Part shown: positions 12,001-22,248 of the stretch, piece after piece | Numbering within the stretch: the first letter of the stretch is position 1 | Layout: every line of letters begins with the position of its first letter | NCBI GenBank assembly: GCA_020137815.1 | Contig: CM035362.1 | Coordinates: 4,836,001 to 4,900,000 of the forward strand | From: Hormiphora californensis | Lineage: Eukaryota; Animalia; Ctenophora | DNA: 64,000 nucleotides | Reading direction: 5' to 3' | Position numbers and translations under genes: made by a program | The notes under the pieces: generated by a model | Database searches by the model: none | Seen by the model: only the letters and a program-made list of their open reading frames with translations | What the model was told of the DNA's origin: nothing

Positions 12001-14449
12001 GAGAAGGCGAAAGCAGAGAGGGAACTTCGGGAAAAGGCAGAGTTGGAAGAAAAGGCTAAAGCAGAAAACGATAGGATAACAGCAGATGCCAGGATGAAGG
12101 TTATGGAAGGAGAGTTCGCTCCCAGTTTGGTGAGTTCCCCGAAAAAAGAAGATCCAAAAGCTGCCAAAAGTTTGAATGAATCATCCATAATGGTACTGGA
12201 CGATACTGCTGACCAGTCCATGGACATTGAGGTTATTTCAGAAAAGAAATCTGGAGTTGAGGTAATTGTGAACGTTCCGGAAGTTCTTCAAACTGTTGAG
12301 GATGCTCCAGAAACTTCAGAACCCGTAGTAACGGCCACCCCCAAGGCCAAGCGGGGCCGGCCACCGAAAAGAGGCAAGGCTACGTCCACCACGCCAACAG
12401 AACCAAAACGAAAGTCTCGCAGGCTCCAGCCGACGACCCCTGTTTCGGAACCGCGAGTCACCCGAAGGAGATCTGGAAGACAATCAGGTGCGGCTTCGGT
12501 CGAGCCTGTAGATATAGTCCCGTCTGAACCTGTAACAGTTGAAGAACCTGTAACAGTTGAAGAACCTGTAACAGTTGAAGAACCTGTAACAGTTGAAGAA
12601 CCTGTAACAGTTGAAGAACCTGTAACAGTTAAAGAACCTGTAACAGTTGAAGAATCTGTGAAAGCAGAAGAACCTGTAAGAGCAGAAGAACCTGTGCCTT
12701 CTGAAAAGCCTGTAGCAGCTGAAACTCCAATGACTTCTGAGCCTGTGGTATCTGGAGAACCTTCTGTTGAGAATAAAACTAGAGATGATGATCCAACAGA
12801 ACAGCAAATCGAACAATCGCCTATAGAAAAAGCTTCGATAGAGAAATTGGAAGCAGTGGGAAGTGTTGAAGAACCGATGGACGAGGTAGTCACCGAGAAA
12901 TCCGCTGAAGAAAAAACTGCAGTTCCTGAAGAAAGTGTGGAAGAGCCTGAACAGGACGCGGAAATTTCCTTCTCTTCTAACCCTGAGGAAACCCCAACTG
13001 TGGAGCCCGAGGCAGGTGCAAGTGGTCTGACATCCAATGAAGTATCTGGAACAGAACAAGCCAACGAGATCGGTGCTGCTTCCACAGAAGGAGAAGAACT
13101 TGAATTTTACGATCTTTTGTCGGATGAGGAGTTTGATTTCGAGGATGGTAGTGAAGAGGAGAAGGAGGGAGCGTCGTTTAACCCACAGAAAGAGGAAGGA
13201 ACCGAGGAAGGTGGTGGTCCTGTTAAAAAGAAAAAGGTGACAAAGATTCTCAAGTCAACGTTTGTGCCGAAGGATCAGTTTTATCGAGGGAGGGGCCGTG
13301 GGAGAGGTAGAGGTCGAGGAAGGGCAGGGTTTGAAAGGAGTCTTAGGAGGCAAGACCAAAGGGCTTATAATGAAAGGGACGAGAAGAGTAGGGATAACGA
13401 AAAAGAAGATTCTAGGAAGGAAAGCCAAGTGTCAAAAGATAAAGCCAAGACCCCTGCTAAGGAGGCCGATAAAACAACGTCATCTGCTGAAAGTAGCGGT
13501 AAAACCAAGGTTGTCGAGACAGAAAAACAAGCTCCAGAACCAGAGTTCATTCCACTTTCTGGTGAGGAAAAAGCCAGCCCATCAGCTCCAACAAGTTCCA
13601 CTGCAGCAAGTGAAAAAGAGCCGAAGAAACGAAGCAGGATTATCTCCGTGAAACGAAAAACCAAGTCCCCGGACGAAACACCTAGTACGTCCTCGAAAAG
13701 TTCGCCAGAAATTCCGGCTGCCACCACCACCACCAGCAGCAGTGCACCCTCAGAATCATCCAAGGCGAAACCCAAGTTCAAACGGATAGAAGCACCGTCA
13801 TACGATGCAGCTGAAACGCATCTCCGTGAAAAATTCGGAGTGTCCGTCTTCTACCGGGGAAGCAAATATAAGAACCGCGGTACTTATCGGGGTAGAGGAA
13901 TCAGGGGAATCAGGGGTAGGGGAGGTTTTAGACCTGAATATTATGACCAGTATGTTGAGCGGCCTGTTAGGAGAGTGGTGCCTGAAGAAGGGATATCACG
14001 ACAAGTTGTTAATGATAGGCCCGATATCAGGAGCGATCTTGTGATGTCGGTCCAGCGGCCTCCCCTCCTACCATCTGCCCCTATCATTCAGAGCTCAATT
14101 CCAGGTAACCACAATCCCCACTCCCACTCAGTGGGTAGTCTTACCGCGTGTTAGGAAAACGACAGTTAGAAATTTTCCTTCCCTGGCCCCTTGGGCCTGG
14201 GATTCACGTGATTTTTTGCAGTTATGATTCACAAAGTGGCGCCTATTTAATTCTCTAGTTAGCACACACATTTTCACATTTCTCACCTACCCCCATCATC
14301 CAGGATTAATTATCCAAGAAGACAACAGGCACTACTGTGCTCTCTGCCGGGCCTACTTCACGAGCGAGGAACAGGCGAGGAACCATGTGAACTCAAGGCC
14401 GCACATCAGGAATATTACCCGAATCGATCAACACGAGGGATATAACTGA
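1..14449 (+). CDS. Multi-exon matrin/U1-type C2H2 zinc-finger protein with RS, coiled-coil, AT-hook and RG-rich regions (5' end outside window). Exons <1-60, 630-791, 10018-10246, 10568-10693, 10871-14104, 14304-14449
   Basis: Manual GT-AG joining gives phase-compatible exons. Encodes FCYPCRIKFDSAENLIKHQAGEKH, ICHVCNIWFTNGHELANHELLLIH, an RS tract, KRGRPPKR, RGRGRG and a terminal YCALCRAYFTSEEQARNHVNSRPH...GYN*. A TACTAAC branch site lies before 10018. Includes the 1040-aa ORF. Confidence 0.8.
1041..4525 (+). CDS. Putative alternative terminal exon A of the zinc-finger gene (RanBP2-type zinc finger, charged region), interrupted by a TIR element at 1151-3005
   Basis: Acceptor cttctccttcgttttatcag|1041 is phase 0, matching the donor at 791. 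KRAVLTRVGLIIDIETGAIHWA...EDV continues in frame into the 3089-4525 ORF once the insertion is removed. WRCCRCSTNNYRSRTLCRSC fits W-x-C-x2-C-x3-N-x6-C-x2-C. Confidence 0.65.
1151..3005. mobile_element. Non-autonomous TIR DNA transposon, 1855 bp, 4-bp TSD ATGT
   Basis: TIR ggtcagtgatctaatcgttgcgaggatttt / aaaatcctcgcaacgattagaacactgacc (1 mismatch); ATGT at 1147-1150 and 3006-3009; AT-rich non-coding interior. Confidence 0.9.
5089..9327 (+). CDS. Putative alternative terminal exon B (~1412 codons, low-complexity charged and proline-rich repeats)
   Basis: Acceptor tttccctttcgttttatcag|5089 is phase 0 and in frame with the 5110-9327 ORF. The start KQAVLARVGLMIDEDTGAMRWA is paralogous to exon A. 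Confidence 0.7.
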   Translation, partial: KQAVLARVGLMIDEDTGAMRWAESSSSGDKLISNPTAIAPHSTITATTPRSTTVTGDTRSEEEEEEGDTVRVKTGMTPPIIADVITEMEGVLGSQMSHDTAVNDLWESLLHEIRGIPENEAVGEAIEEDDEGFQRKEEEKREMNREEEKNRNEAAKEDDMNEETDEKEAEKIPEDPSKENPKKNRESETKEFLEKKREAENTERYDKNRETEIRTSQRSSRRSHSPEKGLKAYSSDRYEKKRRSESRQRYEKKRESESTERYERKWRAESRERYERKRRAESRERYERKRKSESRERYEKKRESESTERYEKKRRAESRERYERKRKSESRERYERKRKSESRERYERKREDTSRERYEKKRKCRSVSEECSEEKRKDDNKESPKRNQVTETKVCPATKHEAETKDYPDKKEETERKECPATNQETENKESPNMNQEVGTKVCPETTNEAETKVCPETNQEVGSEGCPKTRPPAGKKITFNIKWKPLGPCSAATTPPPSAPSGPCPATTAPLSVPLGPCSIIPPLAVPLGPCPAATLPPLDEDDNLRAIRMAKAVLEEQERKIMESRKRATTIPNPAEIKTHSTTVAEDTCRVNTGITPDHPTIEKKKGVENSECQEKKPETESQEKKTETETKESPRKEQGVESNECPEKKREIRVITYTPDIPALSVEKKLETENSESQEKKQETENSECQEKKSKTESSECQKKKLETESSESQEKSLETESKDSQEKGLETENSESPKMNQDVGSEECSATNHDYGILKGLEFVTDQEIKSYYDLYIREELARRPPACQNLIQGTQHQKSGRSSIARIRRRERARARRQTHLPTIPPPQQNLREGGTPSSTTPHQLIRRRHPLMRVRTPPPQHPVIPPPLQNLSLASLASMALGMKPTPLPPCQPIIPPPEQYLTETPATIHRTIDTPPAANRPTMAIPPLQQDLRERTVAMVPPIRRRISPPRQEDPRERTRARTPPAATHQHISPPPQYDRRKRTVAMVPPIRRRFSPPRQEDPRERTRGWTPPSATRPDLRERSRDWTPPSAVHSAVNPSIQHDRTGRTVTMAPPTSTRRPAIPSPQQDRREWSRGRTPPPSTRRPVSPPPREDLREMIRGRTPPPSTRRPVSPPPREDLREWSRGRTPPPSTRRPVSPPPREDLREMIRGRTPPPSTRRPVSPPPREDLREWSRGRTPPPSTRRPVSPPPREDLREMIRCRTPPPSTRRPVSPPPREDLREMIRGRTPPPSTRRPVSPPPREDLRVKISTGPREHRPDLLFNLSSCTSEKEIKFLWDKRTDSFDRENIIPPLILRPYRFIMAGVLRRVEQTVDQPLGERAASLAWCCNEILEVWKEIRSYRGNIGGKRSNSKRIKGLFFPLFLFISVLQDTLKASPTTVLVAASIDIAREAANLTNLMRAKGRW
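5795..6180 (+). repeat. Coding tandem repeat, 36-nt unit (ERYERKRKSESR-like), about 10-11 copies
   Basis: Visible in both the DNA and the ORF translation. Confidence 0.9.
8320..8848 (+). repeat. Coding tandem repeat, 75-nt unit (RTPPPSTRRPVSPPPREDLRE[WS/MI]RG), about 7 copies
   Basis: Near-identical 75-nt units in the DNA and the translation. Confidence 0.95.
12526..12700 (+). repeat. Coding tandem repeat, 18-nt unit gaagaacctgtaacagtt (EEPVTV)
   Basis: About 7 near-perfect copies followed by degenerate ones. Confidence 0.95.
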
Positions 14450-14752
14450 GTGTTAGTGACGGATGTGTTGTGGAGATAGAGATAGACATTGGTGATTGTG
14501 ATAGACTTTTTAATGGGATTGAATTGATAACAGAAACACTTGAGGAGAAATTGACTCTCAGTTCAACACTTTTCATTGGTTTTTGCTGATTTTACGCTTG
14601 GCTAGAGAAAACGATCGATAATCAATAATATAATAATAGCAAAAAGCATTATTTTTGACTATTTATTGATTTTTATTTAAAATCTCATTTGTGTGCTTTC
14701 TTGTCTCTGACACAATCCCCCAATTATAGTCCACAACTGGGTTGGATGATCT

Positions 14753-14861
14753 CAGGAACCGACCGACACAAGTAAACAACTAATCAGAACTCGTTATTTA
14801 GGTCACGTGACTGGTTATCAGCCAATCAGGGACCAGTATTTCCTGATTCGGTCGGTTCCTG
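14753..14861. mobile_element. 109-bp hAT-type MITE, representative copy. Other full or partial copies start near 15120, 22120, 23579, 25150, 29497, 35503, 35765, 36803, 42048, 46952, 47728, 53631, 54180, 57426, 59017, 59554, 60079, 61713
   Basis: TIR caggaaccgaccga...tcggtcggttcctg. 8-bp TSDs are perfect in several copies (taacgtac, gtaatttc, ttacttac, ctattgta, gtttgtac) and 7/8 here. CAG...CTG ends with an 8-bp TSD are typical of hAT. Confidence 0.9.
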
Positions 14862-15488
14862 GGTGATCTCCTCCTCTCTCCACTCTTGTTACCAAACAGA
14901 ACTGTCCCTGACAATGTCTACCAACCCGACCTTCCCTGTTTACAACCAATAATATAACTGTTCTCTCAGGATGTTCAACTGATAATGGCAGAGTTTTCGA
15001 CACGGTCGGTTACATAACGGAACATTTCTGGTCTCTGCTAGTTGGGATTATGATACATATATCTGAGTTGTATTTGTTGTAAATTTTTATTTGTGTTTAC
15101 ATGCATTTCATGCACAAGACAACAACCAACCAGAACTCGATATTTAGGTCACGTGACTGGTTATCAGCCAATCAGGGACCAGTATTTCCTGATTCGGTCG
15201 GTTCTTGGTTTACATGCATTTCATGCACAAGACAACACACACCATGAAGACAACATAACAAAGAAAAGGACATTCAATGAAGGTACAAACAGTCATGCCC
15301 TATAATCTATAATAAACAGGTCATGCAAAGACACTGGGAACAGGGTCGAGCAAGGGAGGGAACACTCACGAGCACTCACACGAGTGTCGACCAAATCGCA
15401 ATGACGAAAGTCTTCTTTAGGGTCTCATACCCGACACTCATAGAAGAAGAAAAAGAAGGTAGGGGACACCCTGTATAATTAGTAACTA

Positions 15489-16246
15489 TTAATTACTTTG
15501 GTAGGGAGGTGAGGAAGCAGGTTGCTCCCTGTATGACAGTATAGCAGTATCAGCCTTTAGCACTTTAAACTGTGTAAAGACATCCCCTGACCAATAAGTT
15601 TCACAATTCTCCGGCGTTTCCGCTTCTGAGAACTTGTAATCTGCCAACTCCATACCGTTGCATGAGATTGAAAGGGAGGTGTTGCTCTTTTCAAAGGTCC
15701 AAACATCAAGGCCATCCGCTGAAGAGTTGGTATACCCTAGAGTGGATGACTCCTTGCAGTATCCGATCCAAGATGTAACCGGAGAGTGGAGACCGATAAC
15801 TAACGAGATTGTGGCAGAGTCATATCGCATGAATTGGAGATATATCATCGCATTGCTACCCTCGTGTTGATCTGTTTGGAATTGTAAGGGCCTACTTTCC
15901 AAATCCCAGTCTATCCAGACCTTCTTAGTAATAGGAATCCATTCTGAAAATGTGTTAGAAAATTGTTAATCTGTAACCACCCTTTACATTTGTGCAGGGT
16001 TCGGTGAAACAGGACCGAGCAAGGCAATTAAAAAGATGATGGGCATTAGTTGACTAGCAGAAATTATGGAACAAAGACACAGGAATGAAACAGTAATTAA
16101 ATTTTGTCATTTAAAAACTAACAATACAATAAGGTGCATGATACATATAAAGGGAAGCAAGCTTACTTACCCTCACTGAGTGTAGTAGAATCAAGTGTTA
16201 TGTGAAGTAGGAGAATGACACGAAGAAATCTTTGAAATAAAACCAT
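15489..16246 (-). CDS. Small secreted protein with a lineage-specific ~130-aa domain. Exons 16246-16171 and 15943-15489 (3' end uncertain)
   Basis: Signal-like exon MVLFQRFLRVILLLHITLDSTTLSE ends g|gtaagt. Acceptor ttttcag| joins in frame to EWIPITKKVWIDWDLESRPLQFQTD...VWTFEK...C...C...W. Confidence 0.7.
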
Positions 16247-16660
16247 ACTGCTACTAGATTGCATGAGATACGGGTAATACGTTATTTTATACCAACATTA
16301 TACAGTACGATGTTTGTAAAACATTGTTTCACTTGTCACAATAATACAAGGAGATGTCTAATTTTGCAAGTAAAAACTTCAAAAGTACAATGAGATATCA
16401 AAATTATTTGTAGTAAGGAAGGAAAACTATGCTGTCTTTCATTTATATCTCGATAGACAAAAGACACCAATGAAGATATATTACTAGAATAAGAAAGGGA
16501 GGGAAACAACAATGATCGACCCCCGGGGGATTGGAGATGTCTGAAGATGCTAACAAAAGATTGTAGTAGGATGAACGCCGAATAAAGCGTCGAAGTATAA
16601 AGGAATGGCAAACCAAGCCACGCCCACGAACAATAGATAACCACAAGCAGAAGTTGGGGT

Positions 16661-16692
<32 letters not shown>

Positions 16693-17190
16693 ATCTCAGC
16701 CGTCATAGACTTCGCTCCAAATATTGGGGTCAGAAAGAATCAAAATATTCATCGATCTGATAGGTACCTTGTGCCATTAGCGTTTAATGAGATGGGAGTG
16801 TTATTGTTATGAAGTAACCCACGTTTACCAAACTACTCAAACTGCAAATTATCAACTGAGTTACTCTACTGTAGAGCACAGACAAAGCTTCTACCAATAA
16901 CCAACAAGGAACAGACTACTTGAATTACCACACTACTACCGATTCTGATTACCAATGACTAATTTGAGTGGGGAAGTTCCCCCGCTACCGTTATTGTATC
17001 CTCTTATCAGCACTAATTATTGGCATTATCAACTGCTAATCTCTTTCAAACATAACTAACTCAGATATAAGTCAGGCAAAAGTTTTAATTGAGAACGACA
17101 GATACTTCAACAACATTCAATCCTGGACATCTTTTCTTGAAGGTAAATATTGTGATAACAATTAATATGACGTGTGTGGGTGTTGTTTGT

Positions 17191-19005
17191 CACCCCGTGC
17201 CTGAACAAAGTTTAACCTCGGATGAAAAATGTACACTAAGCGGACTTCACTAGGGTCTTCAGATAGGTATTTGGAGTGGAAAAATGTAAAAAAACACCCC
17301 AATTTTATGAAAAGTTTTTTCTCTACATGGATTTTAAAATGGGTCGTTTTGACTGTCAAAACGGCTTGAAAACCATGCTGTCTGCAGATTTATAGTCCTT
17401 TTCCGGTAAAAAGGTTGTACCTGACCGTTTTTTGCACGTAGAATCGATTGTCGGTGAAGAAAAATCTCTAAAACGACTGGAAAATGGTCAAAATTTGATT
17501 TTTTGACGTTTTTTGAGGGTTTTTAGCCCCTAACCCCATCATGACATCAAGATAGAAAATTTTCACTAGTGTCAAACGTTAAAATGGACATTTTTCTACC
17601 GGATCCCAAAGTCTCAGATAAATCCAATAACAGGGTAAAATTTGGCTAGTTATTGAAAGTGGCTAGATGAGAGAAAGTGAACTTGAACTTAATATTTTCA
17701 CAATTTTGGCCTTTTTGACAAACTTCTGATTAAAATGGCCAATCAGGACCATGCTCACGCTAAAGAAGGGACAATTTCCTACTAAAATACAAATTTTCAT
17801 GCCGATACGACAACAGGTCATGGATCTGTAGCAAATTTAAGCGAGCTAACTAGGCTATTTCTACTGTCAAAAAAGGTCAATTTTTCTTATTTTCGGGTCG
17901 ATTGGTAGTAAAAAAGGGTACCCGACCTATTTTTGCCCGTAGAATTGATTTCCGATGGAGTTGGACCTCTAGATCGTCAGGAAAATTGAAGAAAACGAAT
18001 ATTTCAGTTTTTCGGGTAAATAGCCAGAAAATGAGTAAAAAACAAAAAAAATGAAATTAACCTATTTTCTCGTAGATTAAGAGCTCCAATTCCATTTTAG
18101 ACTGATTTTACGTGAAAAATTGGGTTGGGAACCCTTTTGATTGCCGACTGACACTAAATTACCATTTTCTGGCTATTTACCCGAAAAACTGAAATATTCG
18201 TTTTCTTCAATTTTCCTGACGATCTAGAGGTCCAACTCCATCGGAAATCAATTCTACGGGCAAAAATAGGTCGGGTACCCTTTTTTACTACCAATCGACC
18301 CGAAAATAAGAAAAACTGACCTTTTTTGACAGTAGAAATAGCCTAGTTAGCTCGCTTAAATTTGCTACAGATCCATGACCTGTTGTCGTATCGGCATGAA
18401 AATTTGTATTTTAGTAGGAAATTGTCCCTTCTTTAGCGTGAGCATGGTCCTGATTGGCCATTTTAATCAGAAGTTTGTCAAAAAGGCCAAAATTGTGAAA
18501 ATATTAAGTTCAAGTTCACTTTCTCTCATCTAGCCACTTTCAATAACTAGCCAAATTTTACCCTGTTATTGGATTTATCTGAGACTTTGGGATCCGGTAG
18601 AAAAATGTCCATTTTAACGTTTGACACTAGTGAAAATTTTCTATCTTGATGTCATGATGGGGTTAGGGGCTAAAAACCCTCAAAAAACGTCAAAAAATCA
18701 AATTTTGACCATTTTCCAGTCGTTTTAGAGATTTTTCTTCACTGACAATCGATTCTACGTGCAAAAAACGGTCAGGTACAACCTTTTTACCGGAAAAGGA
18801 CTATAAATCTGCAGACAGCATGGTTTTCAAGCCGTTTTGACAGTCAAAACGACCCATTTTAAAATCCATGTAGAGAAAAAACTTTTCATAAAATTGGGGT
18901 GTTTTTTTACATTTTTCCACTCCAAATACCTATCTGAAGACCCTAGTGAAGTCCGCTTAGTGTACATTTTTCATCCGAGGTTAAACTTTGTTCAGGCACG
19001 GGGTG
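17191..19005. mobile_element. Foldback non-autonomous transposon, ~840-bp inverted arms, Chapaev-like (CAC...GTG, 4-bp TSD TTGT)
   Basis: caccccgtgcctgaacaaag... / ...ctttgttcaggcacggggtg; arms nearly identical; ~130-bp spacer; ttgt on both flanks; mirrored ORFs in the track. Confidence 0.9.
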
Positions 19006-19525
19006 TTGTGTATGAAGTGAGTGGGTGATGTCTACAGCAGTTCAGTGCATTATATTTAATACAATATCCTTGGTAAATATTGTAGCGATAGATTTGAAAT
19101 CTAGAAGAAACAAGTACAGTCGAACCCCGAAACTTTCTTAAAAACTTTCCAATGGCTAATTCCGTAATGATGATAGCATGTGTGACAACTACCAAGGTCT
19201 ACTAGAAACAATTTCCCCGCCCAGTCCAATTAACCACTTAAATGAGCACGTGCCTTGCCTATCTAGACTGTGTTTCACGCGCCCCGCCCACGAAACACAC
19301 TTCTTTACAAATGTAAAGGAGGGTTAGAACATAACAACACGTGCCGTTACGATGTGCCTTAGATAAGTAGTTGGTAAGGGTAGACGAACAAAGAGGGAGA
19401 TACCCTTATTCCTTCACGATTCGATGGATGTCACATGTCATGGCTAAATTAAATTTATCCTCCTGGTGAATCGGGGTTCCGGTAAATCGGGGTCCGACTG
19501 TACTGGATTTATCAATTATCAACTA

Positions 19526-19697
19526 CAGTCGGACCCCGATTTAGTGGCATCCTCGGGGGGAAAAAATCCTGCCACTAAATCGGGGTGACACTAAATCGGG
19601 GTCAAATAATGTTAATTTCCTATATCGGGGGAAAAAAAATCCTGCCACTAAATCGGGGTGCCACTAAATCGGGGGCCACTAAATCGGGGTCTGACTG
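19526..19697. mobile_element. Tc1/mariner-type MITE (TA TSD). Relatives at 50780-50951, ~56018-56172, ~48395-48470, ~59983-60061
   Basis: ta|cagtcggaccccgattta...taaatcggggtctgactg|ta with internal aaatcgggg repeats. Confidence 0.85.
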
Positions 19698-19733
19698 TAT
19701 CACTATTTTCATACGAATTATATTCAATCACTC

Positions 19734-20575
19734 GTGTGAGTTGACCGTACTCACTGGACCATCAGCCAGCAGGTCCACGGCAACGGGACTAAGCCCTGAT
19801 ATCCCAACATACAGATGGGATATCAGGGCTCAGCTGGCACGAAGAGCTCATTTCTGAGCTCCCCCCGTTGAGCTCACCTCACACACACTCGTCACACTGC
19901 ACGTCACACACACACACTTATTCACTCTATGCCAAGGTCCAAGACCATGTAGTCGGTCTGCGACGCCCGATGGGAGATGGGCACAGGATCAGTCTGAATG
20001 GCAGAGTGAAGTCCAGAGATAGCGGGACCAGCGCCGTTCCGGATCATCTCGAAGTTAATGTTGACTTCTTGCTGCATCCGTTTCAACTGGTGTATAATTC
20101 CTCCTTGGCGAGATGCCAAATTAACGTTGTGGTCCACTATGGCATGGTTCAGGGTCTGTAGGGATTGAGGGCGTTAGTAGTGATACAGATACTTACTACG
20201 TGTGCTTGATATATTGTGTTCTTATATTGTGAAGTTTGGACGAAACTATAGTCATCGTCCTTACCTTATTCTTATCTAGGAATGGTCCTAAACATTGGGC
20301 CGAGTTCCGCAGTCAGTGGCTCTAATAGAGAGATCATCAATTTCAACTGCCTCCGGGTTTCATTAACCTCATACGCAAGGACCTTCCTCATGTGCTTCCA
20401 ATCATCTTCGTGATGACGAATACAGCTAGTATTCCCAGTAGTAATGTGGCAATAGGGATGATTTGCATCATCAGTGGGGTTGGAGCATCAATTTCCATTT
20501 CGGATAAGGTCACGTGTTGATTGAGAGCGATCTGACAGTCAAACAAAACGAGTGTTACTTCCCGGAGGGTACTGC
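19734..20575 (-). pseudogene. Unknown intron-containing mini-gene/element, copy 1 (ATG 20498, intron 20264-20156, stop 19922, structured 3' region 19884-19734)
   Basis: Homologous to 30886-33382. Hydrophobic N-terminus, GT-AG intron with TACTAAC, conserved C-terminal peptide; small indels disrupt the frame. Confidence 0.65.
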
Positions 20576-21248
20576 ACGTGCAAATTTGGAGAGACTATAT
20601 CCCCGGCTGGTTACCATAGTTACACGTGCAGATGTGGTGATTCACATCACACTCACACACAATAATTAGTTCTCACACTGCCTTTTGGAACTCACACAAT
20701 TAACCTCTTTTCAGGGAAAATCAGGACTGGCCCGGGACTAGTCTCTAACAATCATTCTACACGACTCAAGAGTGGGTTTCTTGGTGGATCTGTTCTGTGC
20801 TGCTCTGTTCTGCTGATCAGGTCTTGGTGATACAACTGTGGTGGAAACATTTGAACTTTGTAGAAGTTTTGTGTGAACTGTGACTCGTTTGAGACAGATC
20901 AGAGAGAGACAGACGATGTGTAACATTTGTATAACTTGAATGTTGAAATTTTAATTTCATCTATTTATTGCAAAAATGAAATGTCTGTGTTTTGAAAGTA
21001 TTTCATATCTAAATACAGAGAAGTGTCCCAGATTCTTCTCTTCATTGTTCATCCTACCAGCTGGAGCACACTACCTAAACTAGTAACTTAGTAACTTAGT
21101 ATCTATAGTAATTGTCCCCTAGGGGCCCCTCGTGTCGAGACTCGAGTCCTCATCTAATTACTCACGAACTAATCCCATGTGGTAGAAAGTGGAAACCAAC
21201 TGCACAGAGTTTAAAATCTCCGGTTGGCTGTCGGAGCGACATACGACA

Positions 21249-21688
21249 CAGTGGTCCTCCGACATATTCCGACCTAGATCTCGACCTGGAATGAGCCGCG
21301 CATCAGAGAGATGTGCCGCAGTAAGAAAATGATGTCGCGCTTCAACTCTTTTCTCTCGCTAGTCTTTGTGTCTCTCTCACTACGAATGCGCGCCTCATTC
21401 CAGGTCGAGATTCTCGTCGAATTTCACGTCGAGGTATGGCAATTATGTTGGAGGACCACTGTTAAAGTCGGATTTTTTGAAACTGTCACCCCCCTAAAAT
21501 AACAAATTTGTCATATCTCCGGTTCCTGATAAGATAGAGACTTGAAATTTGGAGGTTCGGAAGAACTTAGCAAGATCTTTATAACCTCCAAATTTCAAGT
21601 CTCTATCTCATCAGGAACCGGACTTATGGTCATTTAAAGAAATTTGAAAACTCAGGAGGGGTGACAGTTTCAAAAAATCCGACTTTAC
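21249..21688. mobile_element. Two adjacent short inverted-repeat (MITE-like) elements, 21249-21461 and 21463-21688
   Basis: cagtggtcctccgacata / tatgttggaggaccactg and taaagtcggattttttgaaactgtcacccc / ggggtgacagtttcaaaaaatccgacttta. TSDs not resolved. Confidence 0.65.
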
Positions 21689-22248
21689 ACAATAAATCTC
21701 TCCATCTCCAATTGTCATTGTGGTATGTCTCCCTTCTGTCCCCGTTACACTTTGATGCTCTATCGGTGGTGGAGCGCGCAATCCCTCCAAGATAATGAAA
21801 GCGTTCATTGACAGCATGTGAATGGCGCGGCGGTATTAGATTTTCACTGCCACACCTGAATCGGCTGTCTGGTGGCGCCCACCCGATCTGAGCGACGCAT
21901 TAACAGATCCAAACAGATCCCGACGAATTTCGGACTTCCATTTTGATTAAACTCAAAACTCGCTGGTTATACATTATTTTGAACAAATTCCAAATAGTAC
22001 AACATTGCACAGTGCACAGCACATCTCTCACACCCAAATAAAATGTCCCGTCACGTTTCTTTTCTCAAAAAAAGTGTCTTTGTGAGTCATCCTCCAGTGG
22101 ACATTGAGGATTCCTCCACCAGGAACCGACCGAAACAAGTAAACAACCAATCAGAACTCGTTATTTAGGTCACGTGACTGGTTATCAGCCAATTAGGGAC
22201 CAGTATTTCCTGATTCGGTCGGTTCCTGGCCACAAGTAGACCCACATG

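Noticed and set aside
3545-13781. Long antisense ORFs opposite the large exons
   Set aside because: Shadow frames of low-complexity coding sequence.
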